This document shows positions 19,138 through 28,739 of a stretch of DNA of 64,000 bases, piece after piece. The stretch is from assembly GCA_964634435.1 (NCBI GenBank), contig CAZWJM010000001.1, positions 2,304 to 66,303 on the forward strand. The letters run 5' to 3'. The translations under genes were made by a program, and so were the position numbers. The first letter of the stretch is position 1, and each line of letters begins with the position of its first letter. The notes under the pieces were generated by a model, which saw only the letters and a list, made by a program, of their open reading frames with translations, was not told where the DNA came from and did not search any database. The DNA is from an uncultured Oscillospiraceae bacterium (lineage in GTDB: Bacteria > Bacillota > Clostridia > Oscillospirales > Oscillospiraceae).

Positions 19138-19608
19138 ATGTCTATTGAAAAAGGCAGAGCATATTTCAGACAGTTTGGAATGGAGGACAGGGTGCGCGAG
19201 TTTGATGTTTCGAGCGCAACTGTCGAGCTTGCGGCGCTGGCTCTCGGCGTCGAGGGCGCGAGAATAGCAAAGACCCTGTCGTTTAAAAAGGACGATAGCT
19301 GTATCCTCATCCTCGCCGCTGGCGACGCAAGGATCGATAACCGCAAGTTTAAGGACAAGTTCCACATGAAGGCCAAGATGCCGACGCCTGATGAGGTACT
19401 CGAGCTTGTCGGCCACCCCGTCGGCGGCGTATGCCCGTTCGGCATAAACGACGGCATCGACGTCTACCTCGACGAAAGCCTCAAGAGATTTGAGACCGTT
19501 TTCCCCGCCGTCGGCAGCGGCAGCAGCGCAATTGAGCTCAACCTCGACGAGCTGTATAAGTACTCAAACGCCATCGAGTGGATCGATGTGTGCAAGCTCC
19601 CGGAATAA
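19138..19608 (+). CDS. YbaK/EbsC-type aminoacyl-tRNA trans-editing domain protein
   Basis: 156 aa. ...IAKTLSFKKDD...GHPVGGVCPFG... is typical of YbaK/ProX deacylases. Confidence 0.75.
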   Translation: MSIEKGRAYFRQFGMEDRVREFDVSSATVELAALALGVEGARIAKTLSFKKDDSCILILAAGDARIDNRKFKDKFHMKAKMPTPDEVLELVGHPVGGVCPFGINDGIDVYLDESLKRFETVFPAVGSGSSAIELNLDELYKYSNAIEWIDVCKLPE

Positions 19609-19620
19609 TACAAACAGGTT

Positions 19621-19668
19621 CACTATCGGCCGTTTTTGGACAAGGCGGTCGATAGTGATTTTTATTTT
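19621..19668 (+). terminator. Rho-independent terminator after the tyrS-ybaK unit
   Basis: cactatcggccg / cggtcgatagtg stem with one mismatch, followed by atttttatttt. Confidence 0.75.
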
Positions 19669-19896
19669 GGCGTGATTGGATTACATAACATCTGCGTGCC
19701 GCAAAATGGAATTAAAACAAAATAGGAACAGCGACGTTTCAAACTGAATTATGAGCTGAAAAAATTCGTTTACAAACACGGTTTGGAACGAATTTTTTTT
19801 GATATTCTATACAAAAATTATGGAATAATATCATGCGAGGTGGTATACTGTTTAAGCATTATGTAAAGCAAGTAATTATTTTTTCCGAGGCGTATC

Positions 19897-20439
19897 ATGG
19901 GCTATATCGAGAAGAGAATAGATGGTGAGGAGAAGTACAGAGGCGTTATCGTCAATGTGCGGCTTGACCGTGCCGAGCTTTGCGACGGAAGCATTGTCCG
20001 GCGCGAGGTCGTCGAGCACCCGGGCGGTGCGACGATACTGCCGATAGACGACGAGGGTTATTGCTACTGCGTGCGTCAGTTCCGATATCCGTTCCAGAAG
20101 GAGCTGCTTGAAGCTCCGGCAGGGAAGCTTGAATACGGCGAGGACCCGTACGAGTGCGCGGTGCGCGAGCTTTCGGAGGAGACGGGCTTCACGGCCGATG
20201 AGATCATCTATCTCGGCGAGGACTACACCTCTCCCGGCTTTTCGAGCGAAACGCTGCACATCTATCTTGCCCGCGGCTTGCACAAGGGCGAGAAGCACCT
20301 TGACGAGGGCGAATTTCTGAGCGTTGAAAAATACCACATCGATGAGCTCGTAAAGCTCGTTATGGAAGGCAAGATATGCGACGGCAAGACTGTTATCGCG
20401 GTGCTCAAGGCCAAGCGTCTGCTCGAAAGTGAGAATTAG
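19897..20439 (+). CDS. nudF: NUDIX hydrolase, ADP-ribose pyrophosphatase-like
   Basis: Nudix box [23 protein letters not shown]. 180 aa. Confidence 0.8.
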   Translation: MGYIEKRIDGEEKYRGVIVNVRLDRAELCDGSIVRREVVEHPGGATILPIDDEGYCYCVRQFRYPFQKELLEAPAGKLEYGEDPYECAVRELSEETGFTADEIIYLGEDYTSPGFSSETLHIYLARGLHKGEKHLDEGEFLSVEKYHIDELVKLVMEGKICDGKTVIAVLKAKRLLESEN

Positions 20440-20463
20440 TTACGATTTGTTTACAAATTATGA

Positions 20464-20492
20464 TTGCCTTTGCATAGCGGCTATGCTATAAT
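20464..20492 (+). promoter_or_regulatory. Sigma-A type promoter for murA
   Basis: TTGCCT-17 nt-TATAAT, about 40 nt upstream of the murA ATG. Confidence 0.55.
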
Positions 20493-20531
20493 AACAAACC
20501 GGCGTGGGAACGCCGATGAAAGGTGTAATTT

Positions 20532-21836
20532 ATGGAAAAGTACGTCATAAACGGTGGAAAACCGCTTCAGGGCGAAGTTGATATAAGCGGAGCAAAAAAC
20601 GCAGCAGTCGCGATAATCCCCGCGGCACTCATGGTCGACGGTGTATGCCGAATTGAGAATATGCCGCAGATAAGTGATACGGACATGCTGCTGACTATCC
20701 TTTCCCAGCTCGGTGCTGAGGTCAGGATGATATGCCCCGGCACGATAGAAATAGACAGCCGCAATGTCAGGTTCTGCGACGCTCCGTTCGAGCTTATGCG
20801 CAAGATCCGTGCGTCGTATTATCTTATCGGCGCGATGCTCAGCCGTTTTGGCAGTGCAAAGACCACGATGCCCGGCGGCTGCAACTTCGGCGTTCGCCCG
20901 ATCGACCAGCATATAAAGGGTATGACCGCCCTCGGTGCTGAGATAGATGTTCGCAACGGCTTTGTGTATGCAGATGTGCCCGACGGCAGACTGCATGGCG
21001 CAAAGATATACCTTGACAAGGTTTCCGTCGGTGCAACGATGAACATCATCCTTGCAGCGACAATGGCAAGCGGCAGAACGATAATCGAAAATGCCGCGCG
21101 TGAGCCGCACATCGTTGACCTTGCAAACTTCCTTAACTCCATGGGCGCGGATATCCGCGGCGCCGGTACCGATACTGTCAAGGTAAACGGCGTTGAGCGT
21201 CTGCATGGCGGAAGCTATTCGATAATCCCCGACCAGATCGAGGCCGGAACCTATATGGTTGCCGCTGCTGCAACAGGCGGTGAGGTGCTCGTGAAGAACG
21301 TCATCCCCAAGCACCTTGAGTGTATATCTGCAAAGCTGCGCGAGACCGGCACTATAGTCCAGGAATATGAGGATTCCGTCCTCGTCAAGGGTAACGGTCA
21401 TCTGCGCAAGGCAAACGTCAAGACCCTGCCGTATCCCGGCTTCCCGACGGATATGCAGCCGCAGATGGGCACGCTTCTGTGCATGGCAAACGGTACGAGC
21501 GTCATTACCGAAGGAATATACGATAACCGCTTTAAGTATGTAAACGAGCTCCGCAAAATGGGCGCGGACATTCAGGTCGACGGACGCATCGCCATCTTTG
21601 AAGGCGGAGCACAGCTCACGGGCGCGCCTGTTATGGCCTGCGACCTCAGAGCCGGTGCTGCGATGGTCATTGCCGGACTGTGCGCCAAGGGCAAGACCGA
21701 AATTGAGGATATACATTTTATTGAGCGCGGCTACGAAAACTTCGTCGGAAAGCTCAGAAAGCTCGGCGCCGACATCAGCATCGTCGATTACCCCGACGAG
21801 CCCGAGCTTCGTGAAAAAGTGATATCGATAGGATAA
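20532..21836 (+). CDS. murA: UDP-N-acetylglucosamine 1-carboxyvinyltransferase (paralog 1)
   Basis: INGGKPLQGEVDISGAKNA. Active-site loop PGGCNFGVRPID with catalytic Cys. 434 aa. Confidence 0.95.
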   Translation: MEKYVINGGKPLQGEVDISGAKNAAVAIIPAALMVDGVCRIENMPQISDTDMLLTILSQLGAEVRMICPGTIEIDSRNVRFCDAPFELMRKIRASYYLIGAMLSRFGSAKTTMPGGCNFGVRPIDQHIKGMTALGAEIDVRNGFVYADVPDGRLHGAKIYLDKVSVGATMNIILAATMASGRTIIENAAREPHIVDLANFLNSMGADIRGAGTDTVKVNGVERLHGGSYSIIPDQIEAGTYMVAAAATGGEVLVKNVIPKHLECISAKLRETGTIVQEYEDSVLVKGNGHLRKANVKTLPYPGFPTDMQPQMGTLLCMANGTSVITEGIYDNRFKYVNELRKMGADIQVDGRIAIFEGGAQLTGAPVMACDLRAGAAMVIAGLCAKGKTEIEDIHFIERGYENFVGKLRKLGADISIVDYPDEPELREKVISIG

Positions 21837-21842
21837 AAATAT

Positions 21843-22628
21843 ATGCGTATAGTGACTTTTGCCAGCGGTTCAACAGGCAATTGCAGCCTCGTATCTGAGG
21901 GCAAAGCGAATATACTTATTGATGCGGGGATATCCATGCGCAGGACGGTCACGTCCCTTGCGCAGCTTGGACTTGCTCCGCAGGATCTGTGCGGAGTGCT
22001 CATTACACATGAGCACTCCGATCATATTTCGGGGCTTTCGATGCTTGTTAAGCATCATGACCTGAGCATATTCGCGCCCGCTCCCTTGTGCGAGGAGCTA
22101 TCCCGCCTGAAGCCGGAAATTAAAAATAATTTAAACAGCATACCCGTTGCGGAAAGCTTCGAGCTGTCGGGGCTTGAAGTGCGCTGCTTCAAAACTATGC
22201 ATGATGCGGCCTACAGCGTAGGCTACCGCTTTGCTGGAAGCCGGACGCTTGCATTTGCGACCGACACGGGGAGCATAAATGACGAGCTCATATACGGCCT
22301 TGAAAACGCCGAAATTGCCCTTATTGAAGCAAATCACGACCTTGAAATGCTCAAAAACGGCCCATATCCGTATTTTTTGAAGCGCAGGATACTTGCACCC
22401 ACAGGGCATTTATCGAATACAGACAGTGGAAAACTTGCAAAGCATCTTGCAAATTGCGGCACAAAGCATATAATATTAGGGCATCTAAGCCGCGATAACA
22501 ACACGCCGGAGCTTGCACTGAGCACCGTGCAAAGCGCGGTTTCGACGGATAATACCGAAATTTACGTTGCTCCGGCAAATGATATGCTTGCAGTCGGGGC
22601 GGGTGAGAGGTTAAAATGCTTAATATAA
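21843..22628 (+). CDS. MBL-fold metallo-hydrolase (YycJ/WalJ-like)
   Basis: THEHSDH metal motif. It precedes rlmH, as yycJ does in B. subtilis. Confidence 0.8.
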   Translation: MRIVTFASGSTGNCSLVSEGKANILIDAGISMRRTVTSLAQLGLAPQDLCGVLITHEHSDHISGLSMLVKHHDLSIFAPAPLCEELSRLKPEIKNNLNSIPVAESFELSGLEVRCFKTMHDAAYSVGYRFAGSRTLAFATDTGSINDELIYGLENAEIALIEANHDLEMLKNGPYPYFLKRRILAPTGHLSNTDSGKLAKHLANCGTKHIILGHLSRDNNTPELALSTVQSAVSTDNTEIYVAPANDMLAVGAGERLKCLI

Positions 22629-23098
22629 GGCTCATATGCGTCGGCAGAATGCGCGAGCAGTTTTATATCGATGCGTTCAATGAATATGCAAAGCGCCTGT
22701 CGGCCTATTGCAAATTTGAATGTGTAGAGCTTAATGAAACAAAACTGCCGCCGACGCCGTCAGATAAGGAGATCGCTGCCGCACTCGATAAGGAAGCGGC
22801 CGACATTGCCCGCGCGATAGGCAAGGACGCATATGTCATAGCCATGTGCGTTGAGGGAAAGCAGCAAAAAAGCGAGGCTTTTGCCGAAAAGATTAATTCG
22901 CTTGCCGTGTCGGGCAAGGGGAGAATATGCTTTGTCATAGGCGGCTCGTTCGGCCTTTCGCCGAAGGTGAAGCAAAGCGCCGACATGCGCCTTGGCATGA
23001 GCGAGATGACTTTCCCGCATCACCTTGCGCGCGTCATGCTCGCAGAGCAAATTTATCGCGCCTTCAAGATAAACGAGGGCTCAAAATATCATAAATAG
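22616..23098 (+). CDS. rlmH: 23S rRNA (pseudouridine1915-N3)-methyltransferase
   Basis: 160 aa SPOUT protein. ...FVIGGSFGLS...MTFPHHLARVMLAEQIYRA... Confidence 0.9.
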   Translation: MLNIRLICVGRMREQFYIDAFNEYAKRLSAYCKFECVELNETKLPPTPSDKEIAAALDKEAADIARAIGKDAYVIAMCVEGKQQKSEAFAEKINSLAVSGKGRICFVIGGSFGLSPKVKQSADMRLGMSEMTFPHHLARVMLAEQIYRAFKINEGSKYHK

Positions 23099-23109
23099 CG
23101 GAGGGAAAA

Positions 23110-23433
23110 ATGGACGAGAATATGAAGCTCGAATGGGGACGCCGACTGACGGGCGAACTGCTGGAAAGATGGCCGAAGGACGAAAACGGCGAGCCTGTTG
23201 AGCCTGTTTTTCTGACCCACTGCAAATGCCTTGACATAAGGGATGAGATGATAGTAAACTTGCTTGAGGCATATGGAATACCGTGCGTAAGACAATACCC
23301 CAATGATGGCGACTTCGGCCGCCTTATGCTCGGAATGAGCGGCACGGGGGTTGAAATATATGTTCCTAAAACAATGTATGAAGACGCTGTCAATTTAAGC
23401 GAAGGGAGCGCAGAATATGAAGAGGACCTATAA
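23110..23433 (+). CDS. Hypothetical small acidic protein (107 aa)
   Basis: ggaggg RBS upstream, codon usage like its neighbours, 17-nt overlap with the downstream mutase gene. I cannot assign a family with confidence. Confidence 0.5.
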   Translation: MDENMKLEWGRRLTGELLERWPKDENGEPVEPVFLTHCKCLDIRDEMIVNLLEAYGIPCVRQYPNDGDFGRLMLGMSGTGVEIYVPKTMYEDAVNLSEGSAEYEEDL

Positions 23434-25147
23434 GGAAGAATACCAGCGCTGGCTGGACAGTCCCGCACTCAGCGAGGCAGAATGGGCGGAGCTCAACGCT
23501 ATCGCCGATGATGAAAAGGAAATTGAAAGCCGCTTTTTCGCGCCGCTGGAGTTCGGCACTGCCGGACTGCGCGGAACGATGAAGCTTGGCCTGCATCAGA
23601 TGAATGTCCACATCATCCGCCACGCAACTCAGGCATTTGCAAACGTCATTAAGGCCGAGGGCGAGCAGGCGATGGAAAAGGGCATAGCCATCTGCTTTGA
23701 CTGCCGCAATAATTCCGAGCTTTTTGCCCGTGAAGCTGCGTGCGTAATGGCTGCAAACGGCATCCATGTGCGCATTTTTGACGCACTGCGTCCGACGCCG
23801 GAGCTGAGCTTTGCCGTGAGATACTACGGCACTACGGCAGGCCTTAATATAACCGCGTCGCACAATCCCAAGGAGTATAACGGCTATAAGGTCTATTGGT
23901 CTGACGGTGCTCAGCTTCCTCCGCAGCATGCTGCGGCAATTGCCGAGCAGATGGATAAGATCGATATCTTCGATGACTTTTTAAGCTGTGACTTTGATAT
24001 AGCCCTTGCCGAGGGCAAGATCGAGCTTATCGGCGCCGAGACCGATGAGGCATACCTCACCCAGGTGCTCGGACAGGCTATTAACCCCGCCGTCGTCAAG
24101 AAGGTTGCGCCGGAGTTTAAGATCGTTTATACGCCCTTCCACGGCGCGGGCTACAAGCTCGTACCCGAAGCTCTGCACAGACTGGGCATTGAAAAGCTCT
24201 ATCCCGTGCCCGAGCAGATGGTCATTGACGGAAACTTCCCGACGGTCGAAAGCCCCAACCCCGAAAATCCCGAGGGCTTCTACCTTGCAGTCGACCTTGC
24301 CAAAGAGATCGGAAGCGATCTTATCATCGGAACTGACCCCGACTCTGACCGCATAGGCGTTATGGTGCGCAGCGGGGATGAGTATGTTTCCATCACCGGC
24401 AACCAGCTCGGCGTACTGCTGCTTGACTATGTAATAACAGCGCGCAAGGCGGCAGGTACCCTGCCCGAAAATGCCGGCGCTGTCAAGAGCATCGTCACGA
24501 CCGAGATGGCAAAAACCGTTGCTGAGACAAACGGCGTTCATTTTGAAGATACCTTCACCGGCTTTAAATTCATGGCCGAGCGCGTCGCTCAGTGGGAAAA
24601 GGCCGGAAGCTATAAGTATATCTTCGCCTATGAGGAAAGCTACGGCTACATGATGGGCGACTATGTGCGCGATAAGGACGCTGTTACGGCATCGATGATG
24701 GTCGCGGAAATGGCCGCTTACTATCACGATAAGGGCATGAACCTCAGCCAGGCAATGGAGAGCCTTTACGAAAAGTACGGCAGGTACGCCGAAAAGACCC
24801 TCAACCTCGTTATGCCCGGCCTTGACGGTATAGTTAAGATGAAGAATCTTATGGCCGAGCTCAGAAGCGAGCCGCCCAAGCAGATAGCGGGCGTCGAGGT
24901 GTTCAAAATACGCGATTACTCCGACGGCAGCGTCATAGTTCCCGCCCTCGGCACGGTAGGTCAGACCCCGATAAAAGGTTCGAACGTTCTTTATTTCGAG
25001 CTTGCCGACGGTACGAGCTTCATCGTCCGCCCCTCCGGCACAGAGCCCAAGGTCAAGGTCTATATCCTCTGCAAGGGCGCTGACAAAGCAGAGTGCGATG
25101 AGAAGATCGCAAAGTACGCTAAGTTTGCGGAAGGCCTTAGAAAATGA
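23417..25147 (+). CDS. pgcA: Phospho-sugar mutase (alpha-phosphoglucomutase, PgcA-like)
   Basis: Phosphoserine loop TASHNPKEYNGYK, Mg loop GTDPDSDR, sugar loop YEESYGY. 576 aa. Confidence 0.9.
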   Translation: MKRTYKEEYQRWLDSPALSEAEWAELNAIADDEKEIESRFFAPLEFGTAGLRGTMKLGLHQMNVHIIRHATQAFANVIKAEGEQAMEKGIAICFDCRNNSELFAREAACVMAANGIHVRIFDALRPTPELSFAVRYYGTTAGLNITASHNPKEYNGYKVYWSDGAQLPPQHAAAIAEQMDKIDIFDDFLSCDFDIALAEGKIELIGAETDEAYLTQVLGQAINPAVVKKVAPEFKIVYTPFHGAGYKLVPEALHRLGIEKLYPVPEQMVIDGNFPTVESPNPENPEGFYLAVDLAKEIGSDLIIGTDPDSDRIGVMVRSGDEYVSITGNQLGVLLLDYVITARKAAGTLPENAGAVKSIVTTEMAKTVAETNGVHFEDTFTGFKFMAERVAQWEKAGSYKYIFAYEESYGYMMGDYVRDKDAVTASMMVAEMAAYYHDKGMNLSQAMESLYEKYGRYAEKTLNLVMPGLDGIVKMKNLMAELRSEPPKQIAGVEVFKIRDYSDGSVIVPALGTVGQTPIKGSNVLYFELADGTSFIVRPSGTEPKVKVYILCKGADKAECDEKIAKYAKFAEGLRK

Positions 25148-25698
25148 AAGATAAACTCCAGCAATTATTTAAGCTTTTTTGCACCTTCGCCGTGGTCGGA
25201 GTGACGACCTTCGGCGGCGGCTATGCCATGCTGCCGGCGCTTCAGCGCGAAGTCGTTGAAAAGCGCCGCTGGGCAAGTGATGAAGAGGTCATGGACTGGT
25301 ACGCTATCGGCCAGTGCACCCCCGGCGTCATCGCCGTAAACACGGCGACCTTTGTCGGCCAAAAGCAGGCGGGCACCCTCGGCGGCATATTCGCAACGCT
25401 CGGCGTTGTGTTCCCGTCGCTTGTCATAATAACCATCATCGCCGCGTTTATTCAGAATTTTGCCGATCTTCCCGTTGTGCAGAGCGCGTTTGCGGGCATC
25501 CGCGTGTGCGTGTGCGTGCTTATTCTAAACGCCGTCGTGAAGCTGTGGAAAAAGTCTGTGGTCGATTGGAAAACGCTCGTCATATTCATCGTTGTGTTTG
25601 GCGGCAGCGTTATCCTTGATATCTCGCCCGTACTGTATGTCATTGCGGCCGCTGTCGCCGGCATAATCGTCAAGGAATTGGAGGCGCGTAAATCATGA
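25144..25698 (+). CDS. chrA: Chromate transporter family protein, short-chain half 1
   Basis: 184 aa polytopic. GVTTFGGGYAMLP...CTPGVIAVNTATFVG is typical of the CHR family. Confidence 0.8.
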   Translation: MKDKLQQLFKLFCTFAVVGVTTFGGGYAMLPALQREVVEKRRWASDEEVMDWYAIGQCTPGVIAVNTATFVGQKQAGTLGGIFATLGVVFPSLVIITIIAAFIQNFADLPVVQSAFAGIRVCVCVLILNAVVKLWKKSVVDWKTLVIFIVVFGGSVILDISPVLYVIAAAVAGIIVKELEARKS

Positions 25699-26267
25699 TA
25701 TATCTGCGCCTTTTCTGGGAGTTTTTCAAGACCGGTCTGTTCTCAGTCGGCGGTGGACTTGCAACGCTTCCGTTTATCTACGATATGTCCGACCGTACCG
25801 GCTGGTTTACCTATCAGCAGATAGCGGACATGATAGCTATATCTGAGTCCACGCCCGGCCCTATCGGTGTAAACACCGCGACCTATGTCGGCTATATAAC
25901 AGCCGGTCTGCCAGGGGCTATCATTGCAACGCTCGGCCTTGTAACTCCGGCTATAGTCATCATCCTCATCATTGCCTCCTGCCTTAAAAAGTTCAGGGAA
26001 AACCGTTTTGTCGACCATGCGTTTTACGGATTGCGTCCGGCCTCTGCCGGCCTTATCGCCGCAGCGGGCTTTTCGGTGGTCACGCTCGCGCTTTTGCAGC
26101 TTGATGTGTTCAAGGCAAGCGGAAATATACTCGACCTGTTTTCGTGGAAGGGGCTTGCGCTGGCGGTCGTCATATGGCTTTTGACAAATGTCGTCAAGCC
26201 TACGAAGAAGCTGCACCCGATAATATTCATTGCGCTTTCGGCCGTCGTCGGGATCCTCATATTTTAA
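25695..26267 (+). CDS. chrA: Chromate transporter family protein, short-chain half 2
   Basis: 190 aa. GLFSVGGGLATLP...STPGPIGVNTATYVG, paralogous to the preceding gene. ATGA overlap. Confidence 0.8.
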   Translation: MIYLRLFWEFFKTGLFSVGGGLATLPFIYDMSDRTGWFTYQQIADMIAISESTPGPIGVNTATYVGYITAGLPGAIIATLGLVTPAIVIILIIASCLKKFRENRFVDHAFYGLRPASAGLIAAAGFSVVTLALLQLDVFKASGNILDLFSWKGLALAVVIWLLTNVVKPTKKLHPIIFIALSAVVGILIF

Positions 26268-27223
26268 AACATAATAACTGCACCAAGCAGTGCAAGTGCC
26301 GCTGCAATAAGTGCCGTGAAAAGCCGTCCGATCACGTATCGGGCGGTTTTTATATCCGTTTCGTCTATCATAGCGAAGGTCTGAAAATGAACCGACAGCC
26401 CGCCCCAGCTCAGAATAAATGCCGCCAGTGCAAGGCTTTGCGGCGTGGCTTCAAAGCCGGACATTGCACCGATGCCGTTTCCAAGCTCCAAAAGTCCGGC
26501 CAATAGCGCCCTGCACCAGCCAAGCTCAAAGCCTGATGTGTGCGCCATTTCACCGGCAAGCGAGCTTATTATCCCCATGCCGCCGAGTATGCCGTTTAGT
26601 GCCGAAAACGCGGCAATGAATGCGCAGATGCTTATAACAGCTTCGGCAGAGCTTTTTACAGATGCCGTGAACGCCGATGAAAAGGACGGCGCGGAGACCT
26701 CTGCCTCGTCATAGCATATATCGCAGGGCGATTTGGGAGAGATGATAATGCCGACGATGAGGGCGGCAGCAATATGCACAGCGTACAGGAAAAAGCCCAG
26801 AGACACCGAGGAGAATACGCCGATGCCGACAGCGCCTATTATAAACGCAGGGCCGGAGTTGTTGCAGAAAATGAGCAGCAGGGATGCTTCCTTTTGCGAC
26901 ACAAGGAGCTTTTTACGAAGCTGAGCTATGTATGCAGCGCCAAGCGGATACCCGCCGGTCACGCCGATTATGAATGCCGCCGCGCCGTAGCCCGATATGC
27001 CTAAGAGCTTCGCCGCGAGAGGGGACAGCGCGTTTGCCGCTGTCCGTGCCGCGCCGAGTTCGCTCATGAGGTTAACCGCTATGAAAAACGGGAACAGCGA
27101 CGGGATTATCAGCTGTGCACACATGCTAAGTGCCGATCTCACAGCCTCGCCCGCGGCCTTTGGAAATATTAAAAGCGCCGCGAACAAGGCAAGCGATGCG
27201 AGGATATATAAAAGCTTTTTCAT
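26264..27223 (-). CDS. ylbJ: Sporulation integral membrane protein YlbJ-like (nucleoside-recognition/Gate-domain membrane protein)
   Basis: 319 aa polytopic. ...IIPSLFPFFI...GGYPLGA...FCNNSGPAFIIGAVG... parallels B. subtilis YlbJ motifs. Confidence 0.6.
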   Translation of the reverse strand: MKKLLYILASLALFAALLIFPKAAGEAVRSALSMCAQLIIPSLFPFFIAVNLMSELGAARTAANALSPLAAKLLGISGYGAAAFIIGVTGGYPLGAAYIAQLRKKLLVSQKEASLLLIFCNNSGPAFIIGAVGIGVFSSVSLGFFLYAVHIAAALIVGIIISPKSPCDICYDEAEVSAPSFSSAFTASVKSSAEAVISICAFIAAFSALNGILGGMGIISSLAGEMAHTSGFELGWCRALLAGLLELGNGIGAMSGFEATPQSLALAAFILSWGGLSVHFQTFAMIDETDIKTARYVIGRLFTALIAAALALLGAVIMF

Positions 27224-27285
27224 TTATCTCAACTCCTTGTCCATGTATTAAGCTATGTCTGCCGGCATAGATTTAGACTGCGGAG

Positions 27286-27564
27286 GTGAGCATGATGCAT
27301 AAAAGACGCTATAACGCCGAGCTTTTGGCAGATAGGCTCTCGCTTCCCGCCGACGCGCTTGGGCTTACAAAGCTCAGCTTGTGCGGCCGCAGCCGTCTGC
27401 TTGTTGAAAACCACCGCGGCATCATAGCCTACGCGGACGCCGTGTGCGAGATAGACTGCGGCACGGTAAAGCTCGTCGTTCGCGGCGACGGCCTTACGCT
27501 CAAGGCCATGGACGGCAGGGATATGCTCATCTGCGGCAGAATAATTGCATTGGAGTTTGAGTGA
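27286..27564 (+). CDS. yqfC: Sporulation protein YqfC (YabP/YqfC family); start could be the ATG at 27292
   Basis: About 90 aa. ...LLVENHRGIIAYADAVCEIDCGTVKLVVRGDGLTLKAM... Upstream of yqfD-phoH-ybeY-era as in Bacillus. Confidence 0.7.
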   Translation: MSMMHKRRYNAELLADRLSLPADALGLTKLSLCGRSRLLVENHRGIIAYADAVCEIDCGTVKLVVRGDGLTLKAMDGRDMLICGRIIALEFE

Positions 27565-28739
27565 TGAAACGGCTTTATGATAAGCTGCGCGGTACGGTGC
27601 GGATATCCGTCAGCGGCCCGAGACCCGAGATGATACTTAATTACTGCGCCCAAAACGGCATCTTGTTTTGGGATGTCACTCCCTGCGCAGACTTTAACCT
27701 GATGATGAGCATACACACGGCCGATAAGCCAAGGGTTCTTGCACAGGACGGCAAAAACGGCATGGATGTCTCGGTTTTAAGCGAAACGGGCGGCAAGCTC
27801 ATTAAGAAAAGCGCAAAAAGACGAGCCATTTTCATTGGCCTTGCTGCTGCGTGCGTGCTGCTGCTTTCGGTATCCTCACTGTTTTTGTGGAGCATTGAAA
27901 TTGACGGCAACGAAAAGCTCACGGATGCGGAGATACTGCGCGCACTTAATGCTGCCGGAGTTGAATACGGCGCGTTTTGGCCGGGGCTTTCATCGGATGA
28001 AGTGCGCAACGCTATCGTGTCTGAAATGCCGGACATTGCTTGGATGACGCTTAATCTGCGCTCCTCAAGGGCAGAGATAATTATCCACGAGCGCATAGCA
28101 AAGCCCGATATCGTAAACGAGAAAGCGCCGGGCGATATCGTCGCAGCAAAAAGCGGAGTTATCCGCCGCTTGTCGGTTCTCGAGGGCGAGAGCGCTGTGC
28201 AGGCCGGAAGTGCAGTTATAGAGGGCGATGTTTTGGTCAGCGGGCTTATGCACAGCGAGACGGGTGATAACCGCTATGTTCACGCAATGGCGCAGATAAT
28301 GGCCGACACATGGTACGAAATAAGCGCTCAAACCCCGCTGACGGAACTTAAAAAGTGCGAGACAGGTGAAAAGAGCACAAGCTTTTCGATAGTTATCGGG
28401 AAAAAGCGGATAAATTTTTTCTCTGACAGTAGAAATAAATATGCAAGTTGTGATAAAATAAATAAATTAAAGTATATTTCACTCGGCGACGCATTCGTCC
28501 TGCCGATAGGATATGCTGTGGAGCGCACAACGGAGTATGAAACAAAGCTTACTGCCATTAATGAGTCTGCTGCCGCAGAGCGCATGAAGAAAAGCCTGCG
28601 GGCAGAGCTTCAGCAGTGCATTGGCGACGGGCAGATAGTATCGGCCGACTATTCCGTTTCAAAAGGCGACGGAGTTATGACCGTCACCCTGCGCGCCCAA
28701 TGCACAGAGAATATTGCCAAGGAGTTACCCTATGATTGA
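27561..28739 (+). CDS. yqfD: Sporulation protein YqfD
   Basis: 392 aa with a single central TM FIGLAAACVLLLSVSSLFLW. Overlaps the yqfC stop. Conserved position. Confidence 0.75.
   Translation: MMKRLYDKLRGTVRISVSGPRPEMILNYCAQNGILFWDVTPCADFNLMMSIHTADKPRVLAQDGKNGMDVSVLSETGGKLIKKSAKRRAIFIGLAAACVLLLSVSSLFLWSIEIDGNEKLTDAEILRALNAAGVEYGAFWPGLSSDEVRNAIVSEMPDIAWMTLNLRSSRAEIIIHERIAKPDIVNEKAPGDIVAAKSGVIRRLSVLEGESAVQAGSAVIEGDVLVSGLMHSETGDNRYVHAMAQIMADTWYEISAQTPLTELKKCETGEKSTSFSIVIGKKRINFFSDSRNKYASCDKINKLKYISLGDAFVLPIGYAVERTTEYETKLTAINESAAAERMKKSLRAELQQCIGDGQIVSADYSVSKGDGVMTVTLRAQCTENIAKELPYD

Noticed and set aside
19706-19747. 13-codon ATG frame (MELKQNRNSDVSN) before the orphan hairpin
   Set aside because: There is no Shine-Dalgarno sequence and it is too short to evaluate. 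It is mentioned only in the context of the orphan terminator.
20481-21716. 411-aa ORF antisense to murA
   Set aside because: Same codon-aligned antisense artefact (phase 0 mod 3 on both strands). The sense-strand MurA is unmistakable.
27224-27285. SigE-type promoter for yqfC (CATAGATT -10-like element)
   Set aside because: The -10 match is reasonable, but the -35 region matches poorly at either 14- or 15-nt spacing, so I do not call it.
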